Source: Ranitomeya imitator | Lineage: Eukaryota | DNA length: 64,000 nucleotides | Reading direction: 5' to 3' | Assembly: GCF_032444005.1 (NCBI RefSeq) | Contig: NC_091289.1 | Coordinates: 170,872,001 to 170,936,000, forward strand | Program-made: the position numbers and the translations under genes | The notes under the pieces: generated by a model | What the model was told of the DNA's origin: nothing | Database searches by the model: none | The model's input: only the letters and a program-made list of their open reading frames with translations | Shown here: piece after piece, positions 12,019 to 25,348 of the stretch | How the letters are laid out: every line of letters starts with the position of its first letter | Numbering within the stretch: position 1 is the first letter of the stretch

Positions 12019-12913
12019 ACATATATTTTATAGCCCTTTTTCAGTAGTGATGATTGGGGGGCATCCAGGTCCTGAGAACCCCGACCAAAAGACTGAAGTA
12101 TTCAGATTATCCCATCCCATCATGTGGGGTCAATAGAAAGTATTTGGATTTGTACTCAGTTCTATTTTGTGGTTCTTTCTGCCCCTTATTTTGAGCAAGA
12201 GAATCGATAATTTTAAATATTAAATGTGGTTTAGAAATTTATTGTAACAAATCCCCCTAATACTGCAATGATACAGGTGGCCACCATTATATTATATTAT
12301 TATATTATTAGTTGAATGACGCGGTGCCTTGATCAATTCAATTCATGATCATTTCTAACTGGACTGGATTATATTTTGGATTTTTATAGATATGAAATAA
12401 GATACTGTATATGGTTACCCTCCGCTTCTGCTAGAACACTTTGTAAGATCACCCCCAAATTAACAGAATCTCTTTACCAGCTCACTAAATTTTACATTGA
12501 CCCAAAACTATTTGTATTCCATTCTCATACCTAGAGCCCTCTGGCTTTCCAAAATTGCCGCCCCACAAACAACATTGAGTGGCATTAAATTTTCCTAAGC
12601 GTTGTGTGAATACGCAGTTTTCACATCAGAACAATAGGATGGAAAAGGTCCACTTGGTGCTTGGTCCAGTTAGTCAAGCAAGCCAACCTGCCGAAATATT
12701 GGATATTTTTCCAATGTATAGCTTGAATATCACATAATAAATAACTAATTTTACAGGTCTGTAAGAAACCCTTATTGTGCCTTTTTTGTATTTCTGCCAC
12801 CGTATGTTTTTTTGGGGGGGGCTTAAGGGTATATATATATATATATCCTCTTTAAAACCTTTTCCATTGTGCCTAATATGGAAAAAATAGCAAATACTGA
12901 ATAGAGAACCTAC

Positions 12914-13093
12914 CCTATTGCTCCAGAGGAAAACCCCTGGAGTTGTCTTCTTCTCCATCTCCACATTGGCTTCTTCTTCTAGGGCGAGTGTGAGGACGAT
13001 TTCTTCTCCGTAATCGCCTTCATCTGCTGCAGTTTTGACCGGACCGAGCAGCAAACAGCATGCCCAAAGCAGGACGGAGACACTTAGGATCAT
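12914..13093 (-). CDS. PCSK9: PCSK9 coding exon 1 (signal peptide and acidic prodomain N-terminus)
   Basis: GACACCATG start at 13093; MILSVSVLLWACCLLLGPVKTAADEGDYGEEIVLTLALEE...WSNR (60 codons); phase-0 donor AGG|GTAGGT. DEGDYGEEIVL resembles human DGDYEELVL. Confidence 0.9.
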
Positions 13094-13279
13094 GGTGTCA
13101 CCCTGGGCAAGAACAATGGATACAGATTTGAAATATCCAAACCTTTGCACGTGCAAAAAGAAGATGTTATACAATGTGCTATAGGAATAAAACCAATGCT
13201 AAAATAGTAAATACTGGAGAAAAAAAAGTACTCACTAAGTTTTCAGTCTGCAGCCTGGTTTTGGGAGGGGAAAAGCGGA

Positions 13280-13330
13280 ATCACACCACCTCTTGTCTCA
13301 TCGGATGATCCAGTCGGGTTACTGATTACC
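13280..13330 (-). promoter_or_regulatory. PCSK9 proximal promoter: HNF1 site, HINFP-like motif and SRE
   Basis: Sense strand GGTAATCAGTAAC (13318-13330), GGATCATCCGATG (13299-13311), GTGGTGTGAT (13280-13289); 28-nt spacer between HNF1 site and SRE. Confidence 0.75.
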
Positions 13331-13949
13331 TGGTTTTGCTGAACCTCATTCGTAGAATCGAATTACAAAAGAGAAAGGTTGTGTGTTTAGGGTTTAATGC
13401 CACCCCCTCATAGGACAGGCACAGGACTGAGCACGCTGTGCCCCTCCACCCACACCAAAATTCATGTTCAAACACAAGTTGGATGCATCTCTTGTAGGTG
13501 ACGGTTCACTCCCACACACAGAACATCTGCCCTCTGATACCACTAGATCTTCACCCCTCACATTTTGGGCAGTGGAAGCAAAAATGTCTCAGTTCCCTGC
13601 CCTCTTTAATTCAATCTCCAATTATCTCCCTTGCCCATTGCTTATCATTTGTGCTATTTTAGGAATCATTTTGCATATCCTCCGAAGCTAATTTTTTAAA
13701 GCTTTGCCTTTGATCTCTAAATCTCTGCAAATGTTAATTCTTACAGCTCTAGATGATTCACTAACCGCACTAAATTCTTGTTTTGTCCTTTCCCTTGACA
13801 CTTCTGCCGCAAGCTGTGCATCCTAAAGACGTGTTGTACTGACAGATTATGTCACCATAAGGGAGAAATTATTTGTCCTATTTATTTTATGTTTTTGTTC
13901 CATATGTCTTATTCTGTAAGAGTAAGCGCCACTAGCATATTTTCATTAT

Positions 13950-15950
13950 AGTTTTATAGTTTTAAGGTTGAAAGAAGGCGAAAGTCCCTATAAACCTAAC
14001 GTGATGATCAAGAGAAAGGCAAAATCCCAGGAGGCAGATGTTAATTGACCCATATTGTCCCCATAACCTGTCATATTATATTTGTCAAAAAAAGGCATTC
14101 AAGCCCCAACTTAAAGTTTTTTTGGTGATTGAAGAATTACAGCATCATATGACAGAATGTTCCATAATCTCACTGCTCTTATAGTAAAGAATCCACAATA
14201 TCACTGCTTTTACAGTAAAGAATCCATAATCTCTCTACTCTTATATTAAATAACCCGTAATCTCACTGCTTTTACAGTAAAGAATCCATAGTCTCACTGC
14301 TCTTACAGTAGAGAATCCATAATCTCACTGCTCTTAAAGTAAAGAATCCATAATCTCACTGCTCTTACAGTAGAGAATCCATAGTCTCACTGCTCTTACA
14401 GTAGAGAATCCATAATCTCACTGCTCTTACAGTAAATAATCCATAATCTCACTGCTTTTACAGTAAAGAATCCATTGTCTCACTGCTCTTACAATAGAGA
14501 GTCCATAATCTCACTGCTCTTACAGTAGAGAATCCATAATCTTACTGCTCTTACAGTAAAGAATCCATAATCTCACTGCTCTTACAGTAGAGAATCCATA
14601 GTCTCACTGCTCTTACAGTAGAGAATCTATAGTCTCACTGCTCTTACAATAAAGAATCCATAATCTCACTGCCTTTACAGTAAAGAATCCATAATCTGAC
14701 TGCTCTTGTAGTAAATAATCCATAATCTCACTGCTTTTACAGTAAAGAATCTATAATCTCACTGCTTTTACAGTAAAGAATCCATAGACCTACTGCTTCT
14801 ACAGTAAGGAATTCATAATGTCACTGCTCTTACAGTAAAGAATCCATAATCTAACTGCTCTTATAGTAAATAATCCATAATCTCACTGCTCTTACAGTAA
14901 AGAATCCATAGTCTCACTGCTCTTATAGTAAAGAATCCATGATCTCAGTGCTTTTACAGTAAATAATCCTTAGTCTCACTGCTCTCACAGTAAAGAATCC
15001 ATAATCTCACTGCATTTACAGTAAAGAATCCATAATCTGACTGCTCTTGTAGTAAGTAATCCATAATCTCACTGCTTTTACAGTAAAGAATGCATAGTCT
15101 CACTGCTCTTACAGTAAAGAATCCATAATCTGACTGCTCTTGTAGTGAATAATCCATAATCTCACTGCTTTTACAGTAAAGAATGCATCGTCTCACTGCT
15201 TTTACAGTAGAGAATCCATAGTCTCACTGCTCTTACAGTAAAGAATCCATAATCTCACTGCTCTTATAGTAAAGAATTCATAGTCTCGCTACTCAATTTT
15301 AAAGAATGGTCATCTGGAATGATGATTAAACCTTCTTTCCACTATATGTAGAGGATACTCCCTTGTCACCGTTGCAGTCCTAGGTGTAAAAAGATCGTTA
15401 TAAAGATCTCTGTACTGTGGCTTCATATATTTGTACATTGTAATAAGATCGCCCCTAAGCCTTTGTATCTCATAATTGAATAATCCCAAATTTGATAACC
15501 AATCATGGTGTTATAGTCCACCCATTTCCTTAACAACCATGGTCGCTCTTCTCTACACCTGCTCTAGTTCAGCAATGTCCTTCTGATACACTGGAGACCA
15601 AAATTGTAAGCAGTATCTAAAAGTGAACTTTATGGAGATAAACTATGTTCTTGTCATGAACATCTATGCCTCTTTTAATGCATCCTATTTTTTTTATTTG
15701 CCTTGGCAGCAGCTGCCTGGCACTGGTCACTAAAGTTGAGTTTGTTGTTCACCCACATACCCAAGTCTTTTTCTTATTTCAGTGAATTTTATCCTGTATT
15801 TTACTATTTAGCACATAACTGTACATTGTATTTTCTCTGCCCGAGTGCATAACCTTACATTTATCTACATTAACCTTCAATTGCTATTTAATGGCCCAAG
15901 CCTCCAGCTTCCCTAAAATCCCTCTGTCATACTAAGTTAGCCTCTTATGT
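13950..15950 (-). mobile_element. Degenerate CR1-type LINE 3' fragment
   Basis: Minus strand near 15680-15780 reads EKDLGMWVNNKLNFSDQCQAAAAKANK..GCIKRG, typical of the CR1 ORF2 C-terminus; stops and frameshifts elsewhere; boundaries approximate. Confidence 0.7.
14160..15290. repeat. 31-bp minisatellite inside the CR1 fragment
   Basis: ATAATCTCACTGCTCTTACAGTAAAGAATCC in tandem (period 31). Confidence 0.95.
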
Positions 15951-15955
15951 GTTAA

Positions 15956-16935
15956 CTAGATGGTAGCCTGATTCTAACGCATCGGGTATTCTAGAATATG
16001 TATGTAGTTTATTTATGAAGATTTTAGAATAATACATTGAATACACAGGATTCGGCCGGCCGCGACCAATTAGCGAAGCGTGGTTCAAATCCCGCGCCAA
16101 TTCGCAGCCTGACTGCGCTTGTCGCTGATTGTTCGCGGCCGGCCACATAGTATATAGCACAGCCACGTAGTATATAACAGCCCATGTAGTAAATAGCACA
16201 GCCACGTAGTATATTGCACAGCCACGTAGTATATAACAGCCCATGTAGTATATTGCACAGCCCACGTAGTATATTGCACAGCCCACATAGTATATAGCAA
16301 TGTGGACATCATATCCCTGTTAAAAAAAAAGAATTAAAATAAAAAATAGTTATATACTCACCTTCCGTTGGCCCCCGGATCCAGGCGAAACGTTTACCGA
16401 TGCTCCTCGCGCGCTCCCGTCTCAAGAGTGCATTGCGGTCTCGCAAGATGATCTCGTAGCGGTCTCGCGAGACTGTACGTCATCATCTCGCGAGATCGCG
16501 ATGCATGGAGCAGTCACCGGAGTGTCGCGAGGAGTGGGAAAGGCCTGTTCTGGATCCGAGGGGCCGACGGACGGTGAGTAAATAACTATTTTTTATTTTT
16601 GTTTATTATTTTTAACATTAGATCTTTTTACTATTGATGCTGCTTAGGCAGCATCAATAGAAACAAGCTGGTCACACAGGGTTAATAGCAGCGTTAACGG
16701 AGTGCGTTACACCGCGGCATAACGCGGTCCGTTACCGCTGCCATTAACCCTGTGTGAGCGCTGACTGGAGGGGAGTATGGAGCGGGCACTGACTGCGGGG
16801 AGTAAGGAGCGGCCATTTTGCCGCCGGACTGTGCCTGTCGCTGATTGGTCGTGGCTGTTTTGCCGCGACCAATCAGCGACTTGGGATTTCCGTTACAGAC
16901 AGACGGAAGTGACCCTTAGACAATTATATAGTAGA
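15956..16935 (-). mobile_element. Non-autonomous Helitron
   Basis: Minus strand A|TCTACTATATAA...hairpin CCCGAT-GCGTTAGA-ATCAGG...CTAG|T; A/T target with no TSD; internal ~20-bp repeats. Confidence 0.82.
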
Positions 16936-17136
16936 TTTCCTTGCAGACCTTAGATTCATCTGCAAATATTGAAAATATACTGTTAATATGATTATTCATA
17001 AATATATTAAAAGAAGAGGGCCCGATACTGACCCTTACTGTAACTCAGTGTTATGAAAATCCAAATAGACAACATCCACGACCTTGCAGTGCAATACAGC
17101 CTTCAACACACTTCTATGGTTGCAATGATTATTTGG

Positions 17137-17150
17137 CCACTGGGTGGCAC
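17137..17150 (+). promoter_or_regulatory. Candidate CTCF site (forward)
   Basis: TGG-CCACTGGGTGGCAC-TG; one mismatch to CCASYAGRKGGCRS. Confidence 0.45.
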
Positions 17151-20100
17151 TGTTCCCTTAATACATTTTTCTTTGCCTTTAATACAGTATATACAAAAAA
17201 ACATGTGTGCCCAAAGAGATCACAGCAATTAGCTTTGTAAAAATTCTATCCAAAATTCTATTTGAAACCACTAGGAATTTAAAAAAAAAAAAACCTCGGG
17301 GACCAGTAAGTGAACTTAATATGTACATTTTCCTACCCAATATTTGATCTGTTCACATTTAAAGAGATATTCTGAGTAGCTTCTGGGGTTTGGATCTGGC
17401 AAAAAGTAAAATCTGCAGTGGGGTTTAATGTTTCTTTGTGTTTATGTAGGGTAGGTTTCCTCAGGGTGCCCTTGTTCCTATGGGAAATTAGAGGAGTTTT
17501 CTGGGATTAGAAAATTGGTTGCTTATGTTTAAGATAGTCCATCAATATTATATTAATGGGTGTCCAACTCTTGGTGCCTGCATCGATCAGATATGTGAAG
17601 GGACTGTGTGATCCCTATAAACTAATGATTGTAATCACTGAAGAGGCAGCCGCACTCGCCATGCTCTGCAGCCTCTTAATAAAATCATTGCCTTGTTTAT
17701 CTACCTACTAGTGGCTGTGCAGGGTATTGCAGCCGCATCCCATTGAAGTGAATGGAAGAACGTTTCTAATATATAGATAAGTAATGCGGACCCTTCCAAC
17801 AGCTGATTGACAGAGTTGTTGAGAGTTGCATCTCGATCAATCTTATATGGATTGGCTATGCTATATCTATAATAATTTGGCTGCCCCCTGAAGCAGCAAC
17901 AAAGGTGGGCATACGGTACCACATAAGCACCGTGCAGCTGCTAAGAGCCCGTGATTGTAAGTGTTTCAGTTTTGGTTGTTTCTGCCTTTTTGAGCTGTTA
18001 CTTAGAGATAACCCATTTCTCCAGAAGAAATGCAAACATTGGTGGAGAATCGTGGCCATGAATGTGCCATCTCCCACCAGTCCCAAGAACTTGCCTCTGG
18101 AATGCCCCGTCTGAACGGAGCATTGGCCGGGCATGTGCACCACAGCTCCGTTCATTCTCTATGGTATGGAACTTGAAGAGAAAATATAGCACAGAGCTCG
18201 GTGTTTTTCAGCAGTACCATGGAGAATGAATAGAGTGGTGGTGCACATGCCCGGCCAATGATCCATTCAGATGGGCATTTCAGAGTCCCGTTCTTGGCAT
18301 TGGTTGGGTATCCCAGCAGGCGGACCACCAACCACTGAAGATAGGGGATAACTTTTAGGGCAGGGGATAACTTTCAGGGCAGGTTCAGATGATCATATTT
18401 TTGGTCCACGTGAGATCCATCAAAACGTCAGATTGCACTCGGACCAATGGAGCTGTGCGCATGTCCGATTTTTGCCATATGTATGTATGAGTTTGATCCA
18501 ATATTCGGATGGCCCTCGGCCTTACAAATCAATGAGTCCGTGGAAACCATCGGACTGCGCTCTGACGACATTTTTCTCCATCTTCTTCTCATCCAAGAGA
18601 ATCGGATCACACTGTGCTCACGCTCTGATCAAACTCTGCATAATTAATGGATTAATAAGTGGCGTTTTACCTTTTCATTGGGTCTACATATTTTTATATA
18701 CACTTGGGTACAAGGCCAGAGGCATTCTTATCCGCCATATTACATTGCAGTGTTCTACAGTCAGTAATTGTTTTGTGGAAAACACCATAGAGATTCCATC
18801 GTGTGATAGAACTGTTTATACTAAAATCACAGCCATGTTATTCTGTTTTCTCCTCATTCTACCATCTTTATAATGTTACTATTACTTACCACCACAGCAT
18901 GGATTTTAGACATGAAACACTACTACAATGTAGTCATCCTTCCTGTAGCACCTTCTCCTCACCCGACTTGATTGACGGTTCTAAGGTCTTTCCCTTTACT
19001 CAAATACGAGGGACCTGTCAATCTAGAAATCTAGATTAGGTGAGAGGGGAGAAGCCATCAAGTGCGCACCCAAAGCACTATTCTTCAGGTTCCAGAGTAA
19101 GGAACTTCCCTAGCTAAGCTTTACTTCGGAAGCCCTAACCACCAAACAGATGGGTCCCTGGGTGTGAGTACTGTTGAGTCCTCTTCCGTCCCTGGCTTCC
19201 TGGATTGAGGAATCCAAGTAAATGACACGCAGCACAAAGGTTGTGTGTTCATAAACAGGGGTAGCCCCGGAGCACGCCTGCCTCACTGGGCGCTGCCCCT
19301 TCTTTATATAGTAAGAAGTTAGGCATTTACAGACATGCGCACAAGCGCTCATATTTCATAATCACTTACAAAGCAAATCTATACTAGTGAAAAGTTACAA
19401 TATCTGGTATGTGGGTGAAAGGCTACAATATCAAGGAGAAATGCGCGCGTGATTACTTCTATAAAAGGAAATGTCAAGTTTGCTGTGCAGAAGCAGATTT
19501 AATCTGGGAGACAAAATGGATCCTTTGGTTCAGTCTGGTCTCCACAGTACTAACATTCTTTACCTTAAACGTCACTCTCAAAGTGACGTTCATCCATCCT
19601 GGGCCCGTACGTTGCACCACCCAAGGTCCCTATGTCCACTACCCTGCCCATTCACAGAGGGGAAAAAATCTAACCTTCCGGCACAATCCCGGCGTCCTCT
19701 TGCAGCTTCATATCTGGTGTGATCATTAACATGGCCACCAACCCATCACATGGCAGTATAGCAGTGACATTTCAAGGGGTTGTCCAGTACAAACCAAAAA
19801 GTCTGCAGTCACTCTGTGTGACTGCAGACTTATGAATCCCCCCAGAGCACGCACTGTGCGCTTCGGGAATTAGCCAGTTTTGAACCCAGGACTGGAGGGT
19901 ATGTATGACTTATACATTCTCCAGGCCAGTGGGCGCGGCCTTGCTTTTCAATACACTTGTATGGAGTGAGGCCACGCCCTCTAGTCAGCCACGCCCACTG
20001 GCTAGCCACATCACTACATGGGGCGCAACCTTGGCTCAATACAAGTGTATTGAGCGAGGCCACGCCCACTGACCGGGAGTATCTATAACTCATACATACC

Positions 20101-23100
20101 CTCCTGTCCCAACTCAGAAAATGGTGAATCCTCACAGCAGGCACCCACTATATTCGGCACGGAGGCCCACTGAGGACCCAAGGCACCAGAAGATCGACTG
20201 GTGTTCCGGCGGGCCAGTCCAATGCTGCATGTAGATGTACCCAATGGATCCTTTGTGTCTCATTACCCAAAAATTTGGATTATATATCTACTAACATAGG
20301 CTATATAGTCAGCAAAAATAAAATCAAAGAATTGACCCCCCAATCCATTTACAGTACTTTAGACAATATATGACAGATCTTTTTTTCTTTGCTATTTATA
20401 GTGCTGTGGATCCCTTAATGATGACCTATCACTTGTCATAATATGTATTTTTGTTACCTTTCCTTCTGAATCTGGAATCATTTTTGTTTTGTTCCTGTGC
20501 CTCTCCATTCCTGAGATATGACCCCCTCTTCTCTGTACATAAATCTAGTCTTGTAAGCAAGCAGTCATACTCAACAACTCTTTTCTGTGCTCGTCTTCAT
20601 GAGTACCCCACTCACTTCACTAAAAAGATTAAATTTATACACAAACGAGATGGGCCCATATTTCAGCCACTAAAAAAAATGCCAGATTCAGGAAAACTGC
20701 AAAAAAAAAACCTTTTAGATCAGGTTAAAAAAAATCACGTATTTCTGGGAAGTGACAGTCTCTTTTTAAAGAGGTTTTTCAAGACAGACAAGAAATATTT
20801 AGGCATCTTCGAAAACTCCATTACATAGTTTTATGTATGTGATATTTTATTTATAAACTTGTGGCACTGCCATGGGAACGGCATGCGCCCCAATTATATT
20901 AATTTATAAGTTAATATACCCTCTTGGTAAAAAAAAAAGAGATTTATATACAGAGAAGAGAGGGACACATTTCTAGAGTGGCATGGAGCGGGATTCAAGA
21001 AAAACATTGCCAGATTCAGGAGCACAGGAAGATAAAAATACAATTTTATGGTATGGGACTGGTCATCTACAACTGGTACAGGGGCCAAAGGGCCCCCTGT
21101 GGCATGAACAGCTGCAACTTCTGAACCTCCTATAGCTACACTACAAAAGCCAATGATAACATATAACTCATCATGATGAAAATATTTTATAATATCATAC
21201 GTGCCATTTTTGTTTTGGCTTGCAACATTCATATCTTCTCAACTCAAGCCCCAGTCATATCACCTTCACTGTCCCTTCCACCCAGCATGAAGGGCACAGC
21301 TTGGTCAGGGCAGTGTTTATTATGAACACACATTTAATGAAGTGTTGTTTGGAGGTTATCTCACATCAAACCTCTCCCCATGAGAGCACCACTTGTTTTT
21401 TTTTCCTGCAGAGATGTTCAGTCAGCCAGAGAGGCCTCCACAATGCAGTTTCAATTGAATTTACCTACATTACAAGTAGATAAATCTCAGCTGATAATAG
21501 TGTCATTACATTACTACTTATTGTGCAAAAATACCATATGGCAGCACATGATAAATCTGTGGGTCTATAAGTGCAGATCTATCTCCGTGCTCACAATTTT
21601 GCCGTGATCAAGAACCTTAAAGCTAGCCATACTTCTAACTTCCAGCAGTTTTACAACTATCCTATGTGTATGCATGCTTAGCTGATTTGATCAAAATTGC
21701 AGCAAGCAGCCCAGAAAGTGACACATTGGCAAAATCACAGTCTCTGCCCCCTACATCATGCAACTCCTAGATGGGTAGCAAAAACCTGGTGACAGATTGT
21801 CTTTAAAAGATAAAGATTGCAACGGAGAAAAAAGGTGAAATGAAAGGATACCGGTCATGTAATATCCAATAGTAGTGTTATTCGTCATGTACACAGGACA
21901 GCTTGCTCTGAAAAGTGACTTGAAAGTAAGATAATTATCCAAAGAAAGTACTAAACATCAAACATACTTATTTTATTTGTCTTCAGTTTATGAGCCTTTA
22001 ACATAATTGTCCCATCCCGGGCATACTTTTATTTTGATTATGTATAAGTTTTTATTTATAAATTATTTTGTTTAATTCTACAACCATATTTTCTCTTCTT
22101 TTTTTACGATTATATTTAGTAATATATACTATTTGTTTAATTACTTACTATGAAGAGGACAATTGCCTTTTATGATATCTGCATAATAATCTCTTAATAT
22201 AATGTGTGGCTACTTAATTAAGTGGCTCCGTTATTAATCAATCAATGGGCGTCCCAGTCCCAGCTTAACTTTGGGTGACATCTTCTGATAAATAGAAATT
22301 GTCTAGAAAAGACAACCCCTTAAATTGAATGGGTTATAAAAAAAAATAGCTATTGCATAAATTTAGTCTCTTTGTTAACTGTATTTATTTTATTTTTTGC
22401 CAATGTGTTGTTTCCGTTTCACAAATTATATAATAAATGAAAATGTGAAACATTGCACTTTTCACACCGGCCACTGGGGCTTTTTTAATACTTTAACTTC
22501 CTGTTGTTTCAGAAAATGCACATGTACATTAGCAGCAATGAACAGTCTCAAACCCTGTCTTTTGTATTGAAGCATCTAATAAGCGTGTGCAAAGGTTATT
22601 GTGAAGGGAAGGGGAGCAGGTGAGCTGTGAAATCACATTGTGATTGGTGGATCCTGTGCTATCAGCTGTGTATAGAGGTGTGAACTGTCTTTGCAATCCT
22701 GCCTGTGTTGATAAGGAGCCTGCTGAAAACTTTTCCTCAATCAACAGCAAGTCAGAGTCTAAAATAGCCCTCATGGTCAGTGTGAAAATTGCAAGATTAC
22801 AAATTTTGTTGAGTGATATGAAAAAAAAATATGGTCATGTTTTTAATGCATATAACATTTAAAAAAACTAATTTAATAGTAATAATAATATAATAGGTAA
22901 TTTTCTGATAACACATTCCCCATAAATTACCTTGTCATGTACGTGCCACTTTGGTTAATTATCTTGCCTACGATCCTTTTTAGTCATGTGTATAAAAGTT
23001 ACAGTGGATCCAATAAATACTCCAGCTCCCTATAAATTCTGCCATGTGTTGTGATGGGAGCCTGACTTTTGAAAATAAAAATGATCTAGGCGTCCATTGA

Positions 23101-23111
23101 GATGGTCATCA

Positions 23112-23520
23112 TCAATGATCAAAGTCTGATTCATCCCCAGGCACTAAACTGTCCGTCTCATCCTTCATCCCATAGTAGAGGTCATCAATCTCAGAGTCAT
23201 GGCTAGGACCCGGCATAAATGAGGCAAGTCCTGGTTCTTCTTTACCAATGTAGTGGGGACATGGATTGCATTCATGTTTCACCTCAGGGTCCACTACTTC
23301 ATGGGACAATTGGACTTTGATTGCTTCTGGTCCAGGTTCATCAATGAGGTCGATTCCTTCTCCAGAGATGGGACCTTGTAGCTCAGGCCCAGAGTTCCCC
23401 ATCATCGGCCGGTCATTCTGCCAATCATCGCTGCTGTGGAGAGATGACGTACAACTTCTGCCATCTTCAGATGCTGTAAGGTTGGTGTCTTCTTTAAGAC
23501 AGACAAGGGGTGCGGAGTGG
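23112..23520 (-). CDS. BSND: Barttin exon 4 (C-terminus and stop)
   Basis: ctttgtag|C CAC...; HSAPLVCL...IDDLYYGMKD...SDFDH* (cf. human APLA...EEDLYYGLPD); total CDS 909 nt = 302 aa plus stop. Confidence 0.9.
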
Positions 23521-24220
23521 CTACAAAGAAGAAAAGCAATCAATTGAGATTGGACCTCATAAGGAAATGTCACTGAGAGTTTTTCTAAGTGTAGGATCTA
23601 GTGAGGGAACTAATGGATGTTGGTCATGTAGTTCACCGCATGTGCACCACTTCATTGAGATTAATGGAAGTTATAGAATTTTTTTTTAGATCACGTACTA
23701 ATGTGAGCTGGACTAAACCCTTCTTTTAGCAGAGGATGTGGCCAATTTTTGTTTTTGCCCTTTTGTTTTTTCCTTCCCTTCTTCCAAAAGCTCTAACTTA
23801 AAGTGGTTGTCCAGTCCAGATTTGGTACGAAAAGTCTGCAATCACTCTATGTGACTGCAAACTTGTGAATCCTCACAGAATGCACAGATTCTCCAGCGCT
23901 GAGAGCAGGTGGTCCTGTGATCGCAAGTATGAGATAAGCATACTTCCGGTCACATTCCAACTAGACGACGCTGCGCACGACTAGTTGGAATGTGGCAGGA
24001 AGTATGCATATCTCATACTTGTGTTTACATGACAACCCGCTCCAGACACTGGGACTGTAGAAGTCTGATCACTTTGCGATAATCGTAGATGTTGCGCCAT
24101 CTGATATTTTTAAATTCGTCACTACTAGCAGTTTTAGCGTACAGGATCCAGCCGACATCACGTATGATAACAGAGATTTATGTGTTCGTGATCACTTTCC
24201 AGTAAGTTGTTGCTACGTAC

Positions 24221-24454
24221 CAATTGGCTTCGAGCATCGCGTTCTCTTCTTTGCAGACTGAATTCCTGTGTATCTCTACCTTGGCTTCTACCTTGGCTTG
24301 TAAATCCCCCAACTTTGACTGCGGTAATAGAGGGACTGATTGGACTAGGTCGTCTTCTCCAGGCTCCTCCACTTTGATGTGAATTTGTTCATACGATGGT
24401 AGAGAGGCTTCGTATTTCGCAGCATCTTTAGCGCTTGTGTAAGGTGTGGTAGCC
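24221..24454 (-). CDS. BSND: Barttin exon 3
   Basis: ttattag|G GCT...; ATTPYTSAKDAAKYEASLPSYEQIHIKV...VEAKVEIHRNS...AN TG|gtacgt; 234 nt, phase 2/2. Confidence 0.88.
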
Positions 24455-25348
24455 CTAATAAGATATAAATGCGGAAAAATAGTCCAGTGCATTATCATAT
24501 ATCCCATGTCTTATTATATCCCATGTCTTATGCACTACCTGTGCTTATTGCAAAATGTAAAGCTGACCTAAAACAGCCATATTTTTAGCAATATTCAGGT
24601 TAAGGTAAATGAGAAAATAATCCTCATAACAAAGTACCTTACAACAAAAGTTACTTATCTCTGGGCCACTTTTACTTCCCCTGTTTTATGCCTTTTGAGA
24701 GATGGCCTTGTTGGAGTCCCACCATTTTATATTGACCTTGCCTCTCTAAGCCTCTTTGTTGACTACATTGGTGGACACAGGCAGAAAAGGGCCCCTGTGC
24801 AAGAACAATATATGGGCCTTTTGTTGTCTAATACAGTGGCATGTAAAAGTTTGGACACCCCTATTATTGTAAACAGTTAAGCAAGTTGAAGATTAAATAA
24901 TCTCTAAAAGGCCTAAAGTTAAAGAGGACACATTTCCTTTGTATTTGAGGAAAAAAATATATATATATATTGTCATTTTTTTACATTTTAGAAATTACAA
25001 AAAGGAAAATGGGCCAATGCAAAAAAGTTTGGACACCCTTGGATATTTGTGTGCTCGCATAACTTTGACCAAGGTATCAGACCTTGATTTAGCCTGTTAG
25101 GGTTATGGTTTCACTATCATTGTTAGGAAAGGCCATGTTATGCAAATTTCCCAGCTTTATAAAACCCAGCATCCTCTAACCTTGTGCCAAAAACCGTCAA
25201 ATGAAAATGGTGGAGGCACACAAAGCAGGAGAAGGTTATAAGAAGAAAGAAAAGTGTTTTCAAGTTGCCCTTTCCTCAGTTTGAAATGTAATTAAGAAAT
25301 GTTAGTTAACAGGAACAGTGGAGGTCAAGATAAGGTCTGAAAGACTAA

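Noticed and set aside
12674-13174. 166-aa ORF as a longer PCSK9 exon 1
   Set aside because: The ORF-track start at 13174 is TTG; the first ATG with good context is 13093, and sequence beyond 12914 is intron read-through
9189-15290. CRISPR-like arrays (31-35 bp repeats)
   Set aside because: Units are head-to-tail with no unique spacers, there are no cas genes, and the context is a eukaryotic intron or intergenic region
18960-19400. Possible solo LTR or unannotated exon
   Set aside because: LTR-like composition, but no termini or TSD could be established
23266-23547. Antisense ORF over BSND exon 4 (similar ones overlap the DHCR24 and PCSK9 exons)
   Set aside because: Expected shadow ORFs of real coding exons
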